From Camelus dromedarius (taxonomy: Eukaryota): DNA of 64,000 nt. Made by a program: the position numbers and the translations under genes. The notes under the pieces were generated by a model. The model was not told the DNA's origin. It did no database searches and saw only the letters and a list, made by a program, of their open reading frames with translations. Shown piece after piece: positions 1 to 13,449 of this stretch; the stretch's first letter is position 1, and every line of letters begins with the position of its first letter. The stretch covers positions 22,198,001 through 22,262,000 of the forward strand of contig NC_087437.1 in NCBI RefSeq assembly GCF_036321535.1, read 5' to 3'.

Positions 1-569
1 CCTCTGAACAAGCCAGCAGTCCCAAGAGCAGCACAGAGAACGACTTCCCCCTCTCACAGTCATCACTGCGGCTCCCGTTTCTCCCCCTCAGCCGGGCTCC
101 CAAAGTTCGGGACGGTCAGGAACCACTGTCACGTGGACCCTCAGTGCTGTTCTTCAATTTTCCATTAGACTTGGGCCTGCTCTGGCAGGGAGGAAACTGC
201 TCTCTGGAAGTAAACTTGTGACCTGTGCAAAATGAATTCACTTTTCCGCGGCACCAGAGAGCTATTTAGTAAATTACTTTCATTGCACAGAACACCACCT
301 TGGTGTCCTGGAAGATGGAACTGGTGTCACACAGGTGAGCTACTCTCTCCCCAAGCAGAAGTGTTCCTCCACAAAGGGCTCGGGGTACCGACAAGCCTGA
401 GGCCCCCAGCTGCCCTGAGGGACGCTTGGCTGAGGGTCTGCTGGGGCAGGGCAAGCCTGGGGAGTGTGTTTGACCCCTGAAGCTTCTAGAACTGGATGAG
501 GAGGGTTTTCGGGGGACCCTTCAAACGGAATTCTTGACCACAGTTTGCTGCAGTGACATCAGTTGTGAT

Positions 570-755
570 GACAACAGCAATGGTAAGAACTTATTTAGCT
601 CCTATCAAATCCCAGCACAGTGGAATGGAAATACTTCACAAGCATATGTCAGTTACTTTAGCAACAACAGTGTGAGGTAGGTTTTGGAATTATTTTATGG
701 ATGATAAATTGAGATTTTGAGGGTTAAGCCCCACACTTAAGGTCATTCATGTAAG
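570..755 (-). mobile_element. MIR SINE (degenerate)
   Basis: tgtgaggtagg...attttatggatgataaattgagattttgagggttaag...aaggtca resembles the reverse complement of the MIR core. Confidence 0.65.
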
Positions 756-899
756 AGGGGAGAAGGGAGGAGAGTCCAGGAGAGGGGGGAGAGGGACTGA
801 ACTCAGGCAGAACGGTAGAGGTGGCGGCAGCGTGACGGACTGTCGATCATGGTCTTGAATTTAGGGTGGGACCTGTCAGCCTGTTGGTGTGCTTTTCTC

Positions 900-1790
900 C
901 AGCCACATCCAGCTGGAGTGTGTAGGCGGGAATCAAGGAGAGTGTGGGATGTCACTGGGCTGTGTTTTTTTTCAGATGAAAAAGAAGAAAGGAAGAAAGG
1001 GAAAGGGAGTGATGACAATGGTGAACCATCCAATCTAAGTTGTGTAGGGAGAGGAGTGAGAATCTGAGCAGTAAAAATGGTAGGATCAATAGATTTTCTC
1101 CTGGTGGAGTCAGAGTTGTTGCAGTTGGAGTATCAGAGAGATGGATGAAGAGATAGTAATTGTTGAACAGACAGCAGGAGATTTAAACTGAGATCATAAA
1201 GAGCATGTGATTATTGTTACTGGCAAGATTTAATGTGTGACTATGTGCATGGATAGCTGAGGTAGCTCAGTGGTGGGGGGAGAAGGGGAGTTGGTCTAGG
1301 AATTGGGAAGCCAGAATATTGGAAGTTTCCTTTATGTGGATCTTGAAATCAACCAGTCTTAGGACAGACATGTGCTTTTTGTGAACTTGGAGCTAACAGC
1401 AATGAGGGAGTGTGACGAGGGTCTAGAGGTGACCTCAAGAGGAGAGGCAGTGGACGTCTAGGCTGCTGTCCGGCCACGCACATCTGGGATATTTAGGGAG
1501 AAGCGAGATATCAGTGAGGAGCAAGTCCACCTCCAGGCCCAGGGATATGATGACCATGAGGGGGAAAATAGCCCATGACATGTGAGGGCCGAAGGGAAAG
1601 CAGTGCCCTCAGAACACAGGCAGTTTCCGTTGGAGCGGGGAGGTGACAGGGTGTTCAGAAAAGATGTTGCGGTGTGCTGCGGGATTCTGTTGATGTGCAG
1701 TGAGTTTCAGCAGACACAGCAGGAGAGTCTCAGGAGTTGGGGACAGGTGGGAGAGAGAATCAGGCTAGAGGATGTCTGAGGTGGGAGCTG
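900..1790 (-). mobile_element. L2 LINE fragment (ORF2 endonuclease region)
   Basis: Purine-rich + strand typical of antisense L2. gtggatcttgaaatcaacc (~1337-1355) reverse-complements to a degenerate APE motif GDFNIH. Confidence 0.55.
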
Positions 1791-2239
1791 GGGTGTAAGG
1801 GGTGACCTGGAGTCACCTGTCTGTGGAGGCTGAGAAGCAGGGGGGAGGAGTATGGTGGGATTCATCCAGATGGGCTCTCCAGCAGACAGTGATGTCGAGG
1901 CTGTGAGTGTTGGTGGTGGGAGGGAGGTGGGAAGAGGGTGTGGGTCCTTCCCAGGAACACACAAATCTCTGGGGGCTTTTCTTGTTCTTTGCCAATGAGG
2001 GGGTGGAGTCTAGGGCTGGGTGGGCGTATTCAGAGCACGTGAGCCTTTGACCTCGTTTGCATTCCTGAGGATGGACGTGATGAGCTGGGTGCCGGAGATT
2101 GGGCTCAGCAACAAGGACCACAAGGGGGGCTGGTGGGCTCCTGGGCTACAGCGTGGTGAGACTGGACTGTCACAGTGGGTGTCCTGGACAGAATAAACAC
2201 TGTTGCCTAGCCACTGTCTCTTCATTTCTTGACTCTGCT

Positions 2240-2545
2240 TTCCTCTGAGTTGTCTTCATATTCAGGAAGGTTCTCTCCATGCCGTGGTAAAGTCAGACTA
2301 GCAGCCCCAACCTTACATCCATTCACATAACCACATCTTAAGACAGAAATCTCTCCCCCAGTGATTCTCCAGAAAGATGCCTTGGGATCTTGTCTCTGCA
2401 TGGCTTGGATCACATTCCCATTGCTGACTCAGTCAATGTGGCCAGGAAGATGTGGGGCTGTAACCGGCCAGGTACACCCTCACTCCTGGAGCTATTTCAC
2501 ATGAACTGAGGGGGTGGGAGGATGGGTCCTCAAAGGAAAAGAAAA
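2240..2545 (-). mobile_element. ERVL-MaLR LTR fragment (MLT1K-like)
   Basis: ggcttggatcacattcccattgctgactcagtcaatgtggccagg resembles antisense MLT1J/K. Confidence 0.55.
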
Positions 2546-2764
2546 CTAAATGTTTTGCACCACATTTATTTGGAGGAAATCTGACTGAGGAGATTGAGGC
2601 CCGTGGGGACAGTGTGTTCAGCCTTCCTCTGTTATCCTGAATGATTCAACATTGGCCCCAGTTTTGCATATACGTTCAGCCGAACAAAAGCCCAGCAGTT
2701 AATCAGACTTACCCACCTTGGAAAGCAACTTAGACATCATCCATTGTTAATTATCTCTTTCCAA

Positions 2765-3075
2765 TATCAGTCAGGATAGTCTAGGTTTTGTCATTGGCAC
2801 AAATAACCACCAAAATCTTAACGGATTCAGCTTAATTATTGCTCATACATAGTCCACTGTGGGTCGGCAGCCATCTGTCACTGATTCCTTGGGGATCCAG
2901 GATGCTTTGGTCTTGCTCGTTTCCCCATGTTGACAGGAGACCTCCCTAGGAGCATTGTAGCGGGATGGGAGGAGATTGGAGAATAGCAGGGGGGCTGTGA
3001 CTGCCTCTGGGCAAAGTGACACACTTCTCTTCTACTCACATCTCCTTGGCCAGAACTTGTCATATGTCTGACAGG
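2765..3075 (-). mobile_element. ERVL-MaLR LTR (MLT1L/K-like)
   Basis: Starts tatcagtcaggatagtctaggttt...acaaataaccaccaaaatct and contains ctcacatctccttggccagaacttgtcatatg. Confidence 0.65.
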
Positions 3076-3084
3076 AGATGCAGG

Positions 3085-3270
3085 GACTCCTCTTTGCTTC
3101 CACAGCTACCTGTGCACACCTTTGTCATAGCCCCTGCATTACAGTGTGGGAACCAGCTTTTTCTGGGTCTGTCCTCCCCCAAAGACCGGGTTTCTAATTC
3201 ATCTTGGTGTCTTTGGTGCCCAGCACAAGTGACAGACACATAAGAGCATTAGAAGATGTATGAATTGAAT
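3085..3270 (+). mobile_element. L2 3' end
   Basis: ttcatcttggtgtctttggtgcccagcacaagtgacagacacataagagcattag...tgaattgaat matches the L2 terminal motif. Confidence 0.65.
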
Positions 3271-3630
3271 TACCCCAACTATTCATCTGGCATATGAGCC
3301 AAGTAAGACCCCTAAAGATGAGTGAGCTTGGAGAGAAGAAGTGATGGATCCAAGGTTGCAAAGTGAGAATCAACACAAGAACCCAGTGCAGCTGAAGTTC
3401 GGTCCACGTCCAGCAGGTGCCACCAGGGATGATGTGCAGGCTGTGCACTGTAGAGGGGCCCCTGGCTGAGCCCACATCAAGCTTGATGTCCTTGCTATAG
3501 GCTGTGTCTGCTCAGAGGAAGCAGGGCCTTTTTCTTCCTATTTAGCCCCATGTGCTGGTCCAGCCATGTACCTTGGAAGCTGCACCTTCCAGGAGAAAGT
3601 GTCTTTTCCTGATTTGCATTAAGGCACTGC

Positions 3631-3994
3631 TGCCACAGACTGAATGTTTGTGTGCCCCCAACATTCGTATGTTGAAATCTAATCCCTAATGTGGTGGTAT
3701 TAGGAGGCAGAGGACTTTGGGAGGTGATTGGGTCACAAGGGTGGAGCCCTAATGAATGGAATTAGTGGCCTTAGAAAAGAGACCTCTGGGGGCTTCCTGC
3801 CCTTTTTGCCATGTGAGAACACAGCAAGAAGACAGCTGCCTGTGAACCGGGAAGTGAGCCCTCATCAGACTCAATCTGCTGATACCTGGATCTTGGACTT
3901 CCCAGCCTCTAGAACTGCAAGAGTAAATGTCTGTTATTTATAAGCCACCTAACCTATGGTCTGTTTGTTACAGCAGCCCAAATGGACTAAGTAA
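3631..3994 (+). mobile_element. MLT1A/MLT1A0 solo LTR (ERVL-MaLR)
   Basis: tgccacagactgaatgtttgtgtgccccc...gggtggagccctaatgaatggaattagtg...ttacagcagcccaaatggactaag. Flanks actgc and gctgc form a 4/5 TSD. Confidence 0.9.
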
Positions 3995-4929
3995 GCTGCA
4001 CTGTGAAGACCAGTAGTGGTCACTTTTTGCTGTGAGACATGTCAACCACCTGGTTCCCTTGAATCAGCCAGGGTTGCTTGGCTTAGCCCCGGAAGAGAAT
4101 GATCACCCTCTGGGCTTCCACGAATGGATCACAGATGGATGCTCTAATTCCTTCCAGCCAAGGAGAGATGGGACGAACACCCCCTTCACCATCACCCCTG
4201 ACTTCGTACCTTTTTAAGGCTTGCATAGGAACCGAATTGCTCAGCAGAGAAGCTCTGAGGAGGCCTCCACCCTTCTCTAGACCCACAGATCACTTTGGGC
4301 CACAAGAATGGACAGCTGGTTCTGGATCTCCCTGAATTTCTTCTTGAGAGACTTTTCGGACTGACCTCTTGTGGGTCGTGAATACGTTTGCCTTAACCCT
4401 TAATCCCCATCAGATAACCCCTCACTGCATGTTCCCTTGTCCCCACCCTGCTCTGTGCATCCTGAAATCTGATGCTTCTCCCATCTGTCCAAGCCTTTCC
4501 ACCATGCCCTTTGGAGCTCCTGGCTTGTCATTATCAGACATAAACCCCCCTTTTCCCCAGAATGCTCCCTTTATTGTCTCACTTGGACTGGACCCTGGTT
4601 CTCCCTGAGGACTCTGCTTCCTCTGCAGCCCTCTCAAGGAGAGACTTTGATTTCATACCTGAAGGATCTTAAAGCCTGGAAAAAGGGGAAATCTCTTCCT
4701 TACTCGCTCTTTACTGCTTCTAATTAATCATTGCTCTTGCTTCCAACTTCAAAGACCAGAGCCCCTTTGAAGCACATCATCAGATGTTACCACCTGCTCC
4801 CCCACCTCGTTGCTGTCATTCACTGACCTTAGTCCTTGGTGCCTCCAGTGCCTGCTCGGCTGTCTTTGTCTCCACTGCCGAAGACAGCGACAAGGAGAAC
4901 TTGCATTTGCCAAGCCCCCTCTCATCTCC

Positions 4930-5130
4930 TGGAATTCTTCTAAGCACTCTAGGAACATTACTGTATTTAATTCCTAGAACACTGGGAGATCGGTATGATC
5001 ATCGCCCTCATTTTATGGATGAGTGAGCTGAGGTGCAGCGAGTCATCTATTTTTCTTAATGTCACACGCAGTTAGTGACAGAGTCAGGGTTGGACATATA
5101 GTCTGGCTCCAGAGCAGGTGCATACAAATA
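4930..5130 (-). mobile_element. MIR SINE
   Basis: cctcattttatggatgag...ctgaggtgcag...gtcacacgcagttagtgacagagtcagg...gtctggctccagagc. Confidence 0.75.
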
Positions 5131-5496
5131 CCGTGTTAAGCAGTTTTCTTGTGCACGTTCCTGGCAACCTTAACATGTCTGCAGACAACCCACTTGATAC
5201 CCTGGCTATTCTGTTCTTTGATTGCCTTGGTTCTACCACCACGACCCACGCCTGTGGTCTTTGCTTCAGTTATAACAGCATTATCTCCAAATATTGATTT
5301 CAAGTTTTCCCCTCTCTGGCATCACCTCCTGTTTTTCCAACCCTCTACTGTAGTAATCCCACTTCAGAAGTTTCTTGGCCTCAAAAAAAGCCTCAAATCC
5401 AACTTTCCAGCATCCCTATATTACTTCACTTCCAATAACACCCCCTGAAGTCCTCATTTCCCTTCAGTGGACGATGGTAACAGGCTGGTGGAGCAG

Positions 5497-6190
5497 TTAC
5501 CAATTCAGTTATTTAACCTGTGTAACAAATCACTCCAAAGCCTGGTGGTTCAAAACCATAAGCATTTTACTTGCTCACAGTTCTCTGGACCAGGAATTTG
5601 GACAGGGCTTGACTGGATGGTTCTTCTGCTCTGCATGGCATCAGCTGGAGTCTCTCATGAGGGTTTAGTCAGATGGTGACTGAAGTCAGAATGTCCCACA
5701 TGGCTTCAGTCTTGTGTCTGGAACCTTGTTGGTGATGGCGGGGGCCTCTTCCTCTTTCAGTTTGTACTGCACTGCAGATGTCCGTCTTGGGCATCTTTAC
5801 ACAGCAGTTGGATCTCATGAGTGAGTATTCTAATTAGCAAAGATAGAAGCTGCAGAAATTGCACAACATCTGAAGTTACACAGCATCCCTTCTGCTGTAT
5901 CACATTAGTCAAAACAAAATAAAAAATATGAAAACAAATATATGTATATATATATACATGTATGATTGAAACATTTTGCTGTGCACCAGAAATCGACATG
6001 TTGTAATGGACTATACTTCAATAAAAAAAAGAAAGAAAGAAAGAACAAAATATATGGTAAGCCCAGATCCAAAGGTAGAAGAATTACACTGTATCTCTTG
6101 GTGGGCGAGTGGCAAGATTACACTGCAAAAGAGCATGTGGAATAGCGGGTATTGTTGACGCCATCTTTGGAAAAAATTTGATCATGATGC
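5497..6190 (-). mobile_element. ERVL-MaLR MLT1-family LTR, interrupted by an L1 tail
   Basis: gtaacaaatcactccaaagcctggtggttcaaaac...ttgctcacagttctctggaccaggaatttggacagggc...gccatctttggaaaa. Confidence 0.8.
5922..6041 (+). mobile_element. Young 5'-truncated L1 3' end
   Basis: tgctgtgcaccagaaatcgacatgttgtaatggactatacttcaataaaa plus A-rich tail. Possible TSD aacaaaata on both sides. Confidence 0.85.
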
Positions 6191-7935
6191 AGCAATATAA
6201 TTTCTCCACTGACAGCCCTCATCTGCTTCCCCTTCTTCCATGCCTGACAATATTCCTGACCTGGTCAAATCCAATTCTCAGTTGACTCCATGTCTGCACC
6301 TGAGTAGCTGAATGTTTCCGGAGAAAGATCACACAACTTTCTAGCTAGTTTGTTTCACTTTTATTTTACTAACATGAATCTCAAATGATCTCTGAAGACT
6401 TCTAGACAATCTCAGCACAGTTTCCTGCTGTTCACCTTCCCACTCTCCAGCAGGACCATGTCACACGTCTTCTTCTTCCTCAAATCCCCAGCGTCATTCT
6501 ATCCCTCTCACTCACCCCGGGGTTAGCTTCAGCTCACAATTTATATACGCAATCAGATGAGAAATGCCTTATTTTCCCACTACCAGACCCATCACCTTAC
6601 AGGAATCTGCACTCACACACCTTGTCTTCCATTCTGCTGAAGTGGAAAAAGAATTTCTGGTCTGATCCAAGGCAAACCCTTCTCCTTGTGCATGGCATCC
6701 TTTCTCACCTCATTAAATATTTCATTCCTGCATCTATCCCTCCTTTCTCTAACATCATCAACTTCTTGATGTCTTCTTGTTTCTGTTTGCACTCTCTTCT
6801 TGGTGATCACATCTAATCTCCTATACAATCCATCCTCTGAGGACTCCTGAACTGTACCTCTTGCTAGGGCTTTCCTCCTGAACTCTAGGTTTTTATACCT
6901 TGCTGTTCATTTTGTGTCTCCATTTGAATGTCTAATAGGCATTTCAAAATCAACTCAGCTAAAACAGAACAATGGATTTTAGCCTCCCACCCTGAACTGC
7001 TGTTCTTCAGCCTCCCACTGGAGCAAAGGCCAACATCTTTTCTGTTCCTTAGGATAAAGATCCCACAGTCCCAATAGATTCCTTACTTTTCTTCATCAAT
7101 CTTTTCTTCATCCATCTGTCCATCTGCCCTTCTGTCCATCCACCCACCCACCCATCCATCCATCCTTCAATCCAAGTCTTTCCCTTCTAGCTCCAAATAT
7201 TCTGAATTTGACTGTTTTGCCATCTCCATTACTGTCATCCCAGTCCAAGCCACGATATCACCTTGCAGCTGCTCACCTTTTCTTCACTAATTGGGTAAAG
7301 ATGTCACTGTGTGGTTAAAAGCACAGCCAATGGCCTCAGATTGCCTGGTGCAAATGGCAGACTCATCAAAGTGAGCGTCAACTTACTAAGGTGAATATCA
7401 GACCATCTCACTCTCCTACTTAAAACCCTTTCATTACTTTGTGTTGCAACTGAGCAAAATCAAATGGTTAAGCATGCCTTGAAAGAATCCAGCCAAACTT
7501 TCTAAACTCAACTGCTATTACCTCCCCTTTACCCATTCCGCGCCAACCAGCTGGTCTTTCAAGCCTGAGAAAATGCCAAGCTCCCTCCAGTCTCCATCCT
7601 TTGAATGTGATGCTTCTCCAAACATCTGCACGGCTGCTCTGAGAGCATCATTCACAGCTCAGTGCAAATCATCCCCTCCCAGAGGCCTTCTCTGATTACC
7701 GCAGATAAAGGAGATTTCACGTGGCCCCCTTGTTAAACTTGGTATCACATCCCCCCATTTTCTTCATAGCAGTCACTATCTAAAATTTGCTTATTCATCA
7801 AATTTCATGTTTACTCTTAACCTTCCTCACCAGAATGTGAGCTTTTTGAGGGCAAGGACTTTATCTTGTGATTCCTGGAAACTAGACAAGGCCTGGCACA
7901 GAGTATGTCTCTGTAAATATTTATTAACTGACTGG
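6190..7935 (+). mobile_element. L2 (L2a-like) LINE, ORF2 remnant through 3' end
   Basis: cctggtcaaatccaattctc...gctgaatgtttccggagaaa, then tgtctccatttgaatgtctaataggcatttcaaa, and terminal cagaatgtgagctttttgagggcaaggac...cctggcacagag. Contains (TCCA)n at ~7110-7165 and a MIR fragment at ~7305-7360. Confidence 0.85.
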
Positions 7936-8099
7936 ACCAGTGCGTTTTGATTTATTGAATAATATGAGTAATTCAAGTGCATGAGAAAATTTTCAGATAA
8001 CATCAAGGAATAAAATGAAAAGTAAAGTGATCTTCCTGCCTCTGTGCAGGACCTCCCTCTGCTGGTCCCACTCCCAAGAACTAAGTTGGTTTTGGAAGT

Positions 8100-10050
8100 T
8101 TGTAGAATTTAGCATTTACCATCACCCCTCTCCATTTCTTTGTCTGTTTTTAAAAGTTACATGATTGTTTAAAATGTCTTCTTTTGGTTACCTTTTTAAC
8201 CATAAATAGTGCATGTAAACCACTATTTCTTGTCTCCCCTTTATGGAAGAGGAGAAAATATACATAGACTCCCTTCCCCTACCCCCTGCCCTTCCCTGCT
8301 CAGCTTCAGTCATTACTTTTACACGATCAAGGTTTATTACATTTATATTCTGATCTGTGACTATAATTAAGTCTTCTGTGCTTTGATGATAGGTTAGTTT
8401 CTTAAAATCGAATATCATTAAATGGCAATTGGAAATTATGATTATGTAAATATTACTCAGTGTAGAACCAAGTACTTTGATTGGGCTTGTAGAAAAGGAA
8501 AAATAATCCTAAATCACCAAACTCATGACACTCAAAGGAGAAAAATCCAGTCTTCAAGGTCAGATGAATTCTCTGTTTTCCACTCCATATTCCTTTACTT
8601 GCTAAAAATCACACTGCAGTTTAATTTGCTTTGATATATGACATTTCTTGACGGCTTTATTTTGTCTTTTCCAAAATCTCTGATTCCTTTGCTTTTTTTT
8701 TCTTGTTGATATGAAAATTATAACAATAAAAATAAACCTTTTTAGAGAAGTTGCTGAGGGCCAGGCACTAAATATGTTGCATGTATTATTTTGTTGAAAA
8801 CCCACAATGAACTTATGAAGTAGAAATTATTTTTATACCCGTTTTTCAACAAGAAAACTGAACCAAAGAGAATTTAAGTGACTGCTCAAGGTCACACACA
8901 TAGTTTGTAATTTGAACCAAACAGTCTAATTTTGGAGACTGAGATTTTAATCATGTTGTTACGTCTTTACTCAGTAAGCATCTCAAACTTCTTAATTGCA
9001 TTGCTATTGAAGTAAATCTATTTTTTCCTAAGTGAAGACCTCTTGTGTGTGTGTAGGGATGGTTCTGACTCCGTTTCAATGTAAACTTTCAGGTTTAGTA
9101 CTGCTGCATAGCTGTATTTTATTGCACTTCCTGTTTGGTCCGCGTCTTCCTCTTTCTCTTAGGTCTTTTAAATTTGTGCTGGCATGCAATGACAAGCAAT
9201 TTATTCAGAAAGGGTAACTGGAAAGTAAAATTTCTGAGTTCTTGTATGTTTTAAAAGTCCTTGCACTGCATCACTCTCCCACTTGATTGATGTTTTGGCT
9301 GGATATAGAATTTAGGTTGGGATGAACTTTGCCAGTATGGCTCCACTCTCTTCTGGCATCCAGTATAGTTGATGAGAAGTCTGATGCCACTTCTTTTGTA
9401 GATATTTTATCCCCCCACTGGAAGTTTTATGTTCTTCTTTTTATCTTTTACATTTCAAAGTTTCATAAGAATAGATTCAGTCATGGGCCTCTTTGTTCGG
9501 TAATTGGTACATCCCAGACTTGCACTTGCTTCTGCTCTGGGAAATTTTCCTCTATGGTTTTTTTTTTTTTTTTATGATTTCCTTTTCTTCTAGTTCTTTT
9601 TTTCCCCTCTCTTACTGGAACTCCTGTTGAATTGGTGTTGGAATTCTCAGAATGAGGTTAGAGCTACCATATTGCTTAAGTTTTTCTCTTTTTTTCCCTT
9701 ACACATTTCTCCTTCTATCTCTCTTTTTAATCCACCATCTTTCTTTGACTTTGTCTTCTAGCCCTTCTAGGATTTTTCTTTTGACAATTATGTATTTCGT
9801 TTCCAAAAGATTGTAGTTGTCTCTGCACATGTTCAGGTATCCTACTCAGTTTTGATGGGTGCAGTGTCTTTTTGAACCTGCATGTGCATCCTTGGGGATG
9901 AGTTGCTCTATTTCTCTTAGAGTTTCTTTCATGTTGTTGATTTCCTCAACGATTTGCTGAGTCTTGGCTGCTTGTTTGTATTTGTATAAAAGGATTGGAT
10001 TCTCTACTGTAAGCCACTAAGGTAAGTTTCTTCTGGAGCTGAGTAAATCT
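8100..10050 (-). mobile_element. Old L1M (L1ME/MD-like) fragments
   Basis: T-rich antisense L1 motifs: ttttggctggatatagaatttaggttg, ctccactctcttctggcatccag...gatgagaagtctgatgcc, ttctgctctgggaaattttcctcta. Confidence 0.7.
8750..8960 (-). mobile_element. MIR SINE
   Basis: gaaaactgaaccaaagagaatttaagtgactgctcaaggtcacacac...atttgaacc. Confidence 0.75.
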
Positions 10051-10349
10051 GTTTCTACAACAGATCTCATGATCATTCCCTTTCAGAAAAAAAATCTCTG
10101 AACTATTTATACTCTAGGGGCAGATCACACTGCTTGCTCTCCATATATAACCCCTTGTACTTTTATCCAAGTGCAGCCAGAATAAAGTGAGTGTCGTGGG
10201 AAGGCTTAAGAGAAAAAGGCATTAGAAAAAGTCAACATGTGGCTTGAGGGATAGATGTAAAGAAGGGAGTCTGTCTGTTAGGTGGTGGTTCTGTAATAAG
10301 TTGGTATTTAATGTGGCTGATTGCATACAAGGGAATCCTAGAGGTGCTC

Positions 10350-10960
10350 TTTTTTTTTCCCCCAGACAATTTTTTGGAGCAGTTGAAGGTTCATAGCAAA
10401 ATTGAGGGGACGTTACAGAGGTTTCCTCTATACCTCCTCTCTCCATACATGCACAGCCTTTCTCACTAGCAACATCCCCCATCAGAGTGGTACATCTGTC
10501 ACAAATGATGAGCTTACACTGACACAACACTATCACCCAAAGTCCATAGTCTACATTACAGTTCATTCTTTGTGGTGTACGGTCTATGCATTTGGACAAA
10601 TGTATAATGACATGTATCCTTTATTCCAGTATCATACATAGTATTTTCACTGCCTTAAAAATCCTCTGTGCTCCACCTATTCATCACGCCTTCCCCCTAA
10701 CTCCTGGCAACCACTGGTCTTTTTTATTGTCTCCATAGTTTTGCATTTTCCAGAATGTCATATCACTGGAATCATACAGTATTTAGTTTTTTCAGACTGG
10801 CTTCTTTCACTTAGTAATATGCATTTAAGTTCCCTCCATGTCTTCTTTTCATGGTTTGAGAACTTATTTCTTTTTAGGGCTGAATAATAGTCCATGGTCT
10901 GGATGTACCATTGTTTATTCATCCATTCACCTATTGAAGGACATCTTGTTTGCTTCTAAT
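10350..10960 (-). mobile_element. L1MC-like 3' UTR
   Basis: ggttcatagcaaaattgag...cactatcacccaaagtccatagt...ttttccagaatgtcatat...ccattcacctattgaaggacatctt. Confidence 0.9.
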
Positions 10961-11199
10961 TTAGAGGATTTTTAATGATGGTCCATTTTTTCCTCCCCCT
11001 TTCAAAATTCAGCAGTCAGAACCATCTCCTCCGGCCCAGCCACAACCATTAGCAGCACGACAGATCTCCAGGACTCAGTATACAGAGCAACTGTTTAAAT
11101 ATGTGTTTTCTAGAGAAGGGGCTGGGCATGCTACCTCTGGACCAGCTCTGGCCTCTTCCTAACTTGGTATTCTATATTATTTTACTACTAACATTTTGT

Positions 11200-12700
11200 C
11201 TTGTGAGTATAAAATCATTGTGAAAATTTGAAAAATTCAGAGTTTAGAAGATTAAATATCACTCAATATGAAAGTTTACAATTTCAGTGTATATCTTTTC
11301 CAAATTTTTTGAGAAGAAATAGGTAGTCTGTAGTTTTTATTTTACTTTAGAAAAATTTGTAACTCATGTCTTTAGATATTCTTCCAAACATGATCCTTGC
11401 TGTTACATGATATTTATCACATGGCTACAGTACAGTTTATTTGGCTATTCTAAACTTTTGAGTTTGGGAACATTTCTAAAGTTTTTCTATTATGAATCAT
11501 ATTATAAGAAATATTCTCTTTCATAAAGCTTTCCCTCCTCTCGCTCCCCTCCCCCAATCTCTTAGTTCCTTGGATTAATTCTTAGAATGGCAGATATAGG
11601 CCAAAATGTTTCAACACATTTTAAAGCTTTTGATACATACTGCCAAATTGTCCATCTGTTGAGATTGTATCAATGAACACATTTTTTGTGGGTGTGTAAG
11701 CATTCCCTTTTGACTGAACTAGCATGTAACCTTGATATTATCCTAAAAAAAAAAAGAGAGAATGAGAAAAAAGATCTTTCTATAAGCATGATAGGAGGAC
11801 ATATTTTTCAATGTTTCTCTTTTGTGTTTTTTGGATTCCGACTGAGATTAAATATCTGTCTGTCAATCTATCTATCTATAATATTTACATTTCTTCTTTT
11901 GTAATATTTTTCTGCTCAGATATTTTTGCTTATTTTTTTCTGTTAGTGTGCCTCATTTTTAATTAATTTATTTCTAAGACTTTTATGGGTTAAATATTCT
12001 TCTCTTCCATAGAATTCCAAGAATTCTTATAAATATATATATGTATATATACTATATTTATGTGTATATATGTATATATATTCAAACAATATTTTTAGTC
12101 TCTAACTTTTGTTTTAGTTTTGTTTAGGATTTTTTAAAATAAAGAAGTTTTAATTTTTTTGCATGAATCCATTCTCTTATGGCTTTATTTGCTTTGGCAC
12201 TTTTGAAATTTAAATCTTTAGATCATCTGGAATTTACCTTTGTGCAAGTGTGAACTAGAGATCTAACATTATTGTTTTGCTAAACAGATGGCCAAATGTA
12301 CCAACACCATTCACTGAATAATATTTTATGTAAAAGAACTGTTATTTTTGAAATATATTTAATTCTTACATGCATTAGGATTCACCTCAAGGATATCAAT
12401 TCTTTCCTATAACTGTATCTGCTTACCAAAGCAGTACTACACTGTTCTAATTATTGTATTTTTGCAGTGTATTCTTAAAAGTAGTAGTGAAAATTCCAAT
12501 GAGATGCCTTTTCCAAATATTTAAAAACAATTATTCTTTCATATGAATTTCAGAATAACTTAATCACGCTCTTTCCTATCCCCAGTCTACTGAACCTAAT
12601 GTATTAAGCCTATAAATTAATTTGAAGAGAAGTAACATCTTCACATGACCCAGGCTTCTCTTCCCAACATGATCAACCTTCTCATTTATTCAAATAGCTA
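11200..12700 (-). mobile_element. Old L1ME-like fragments with a (TA)n patch near 12030-12080
   Basis: ttttgatacatactgccaaattg, catctggaattta, ccaacaccattcactgaataat, cagtactacactgttctaattattgta. Confidence 0.7.
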
Positions 12701-12743
12701 ACTTGTTGTTAGGTATTCAGTAAAATATCTGTGCAATATAATA

Positions 12744-13395
12744 CCTTTTTTTGCATTTAAAAATTTTTATTAAAGTATAGTTGATTTACAATAATTTACA
12801 ATGTTGTGTTAGTTTCAAGTGTACAGCAAAGTGATTCAGTTATACATATACATATATATATATATTCTTTTTCAGATTCTTTTCCACTATAGGTTGTTAT
12901 AAGATAATGAATATAGTTCCCCTGCTATACAGTAGGTTCTTGTTGTTTATCTATTTTATATATATCAGTGTGTATATGTTAATCTCAAACTCCTAATTTG
13001 TCCCTCCCACCACACCCCTTCCTCTTTGATAATCATAGTTTGTTTTCAATATCTATGAGTCTATTTCTGTTTTGTAAATAAATTTATTTGTATCATTTAA
13101 AAAAATTCCACATATAAGTGATACCATATGATATTTGTCTTTCTCTGTGATCTGATTAAATGATTTACTTCATTTAATATGATAATCTCTAGGTCCACCC
13201 ATGTTGCTGCAAATGGCATTATTTCATTCTTTTTTTATGGCCCAGTAATATACCATTGTATATATGTACCACATCTTCTTTATCCATTAGTCTGTGGATG
13301 AACATTTAGGTTGTTCCCATGTCTTGGCTATTGTAAATAATGCTGCTGTGAACATTGGGGTGCAGGTATCTTTTCAAGTTAGAGATTTCTTCTGA
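12744..13395 (-). mobile_element. Young 5'-truncated L1 (3' UTR plus end of ORF2)
   Basis: gtatagttgatttaca...gcaaatggcattatttcattc...gtcttggctattgtaaataatgctgctgtgaacattggggtgc. Perfect 12-bp TSD tgcaatataata at 12732-12743 and 13396-13407. Confidence 0.95.
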
Positions 13396-13449
13396 TGCAA
13401 TATAATATTTTTGATAAGTATCTTTGATAAAATCACACAAACATGATTT

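Noticed and set aside
2115..2132. CTCF-like ccacaaggggggct (and similar at ~54062-54075)
   Set aside because: Only a partial match to the consensus, which cannot be supported without a PWM score or ChIP data.
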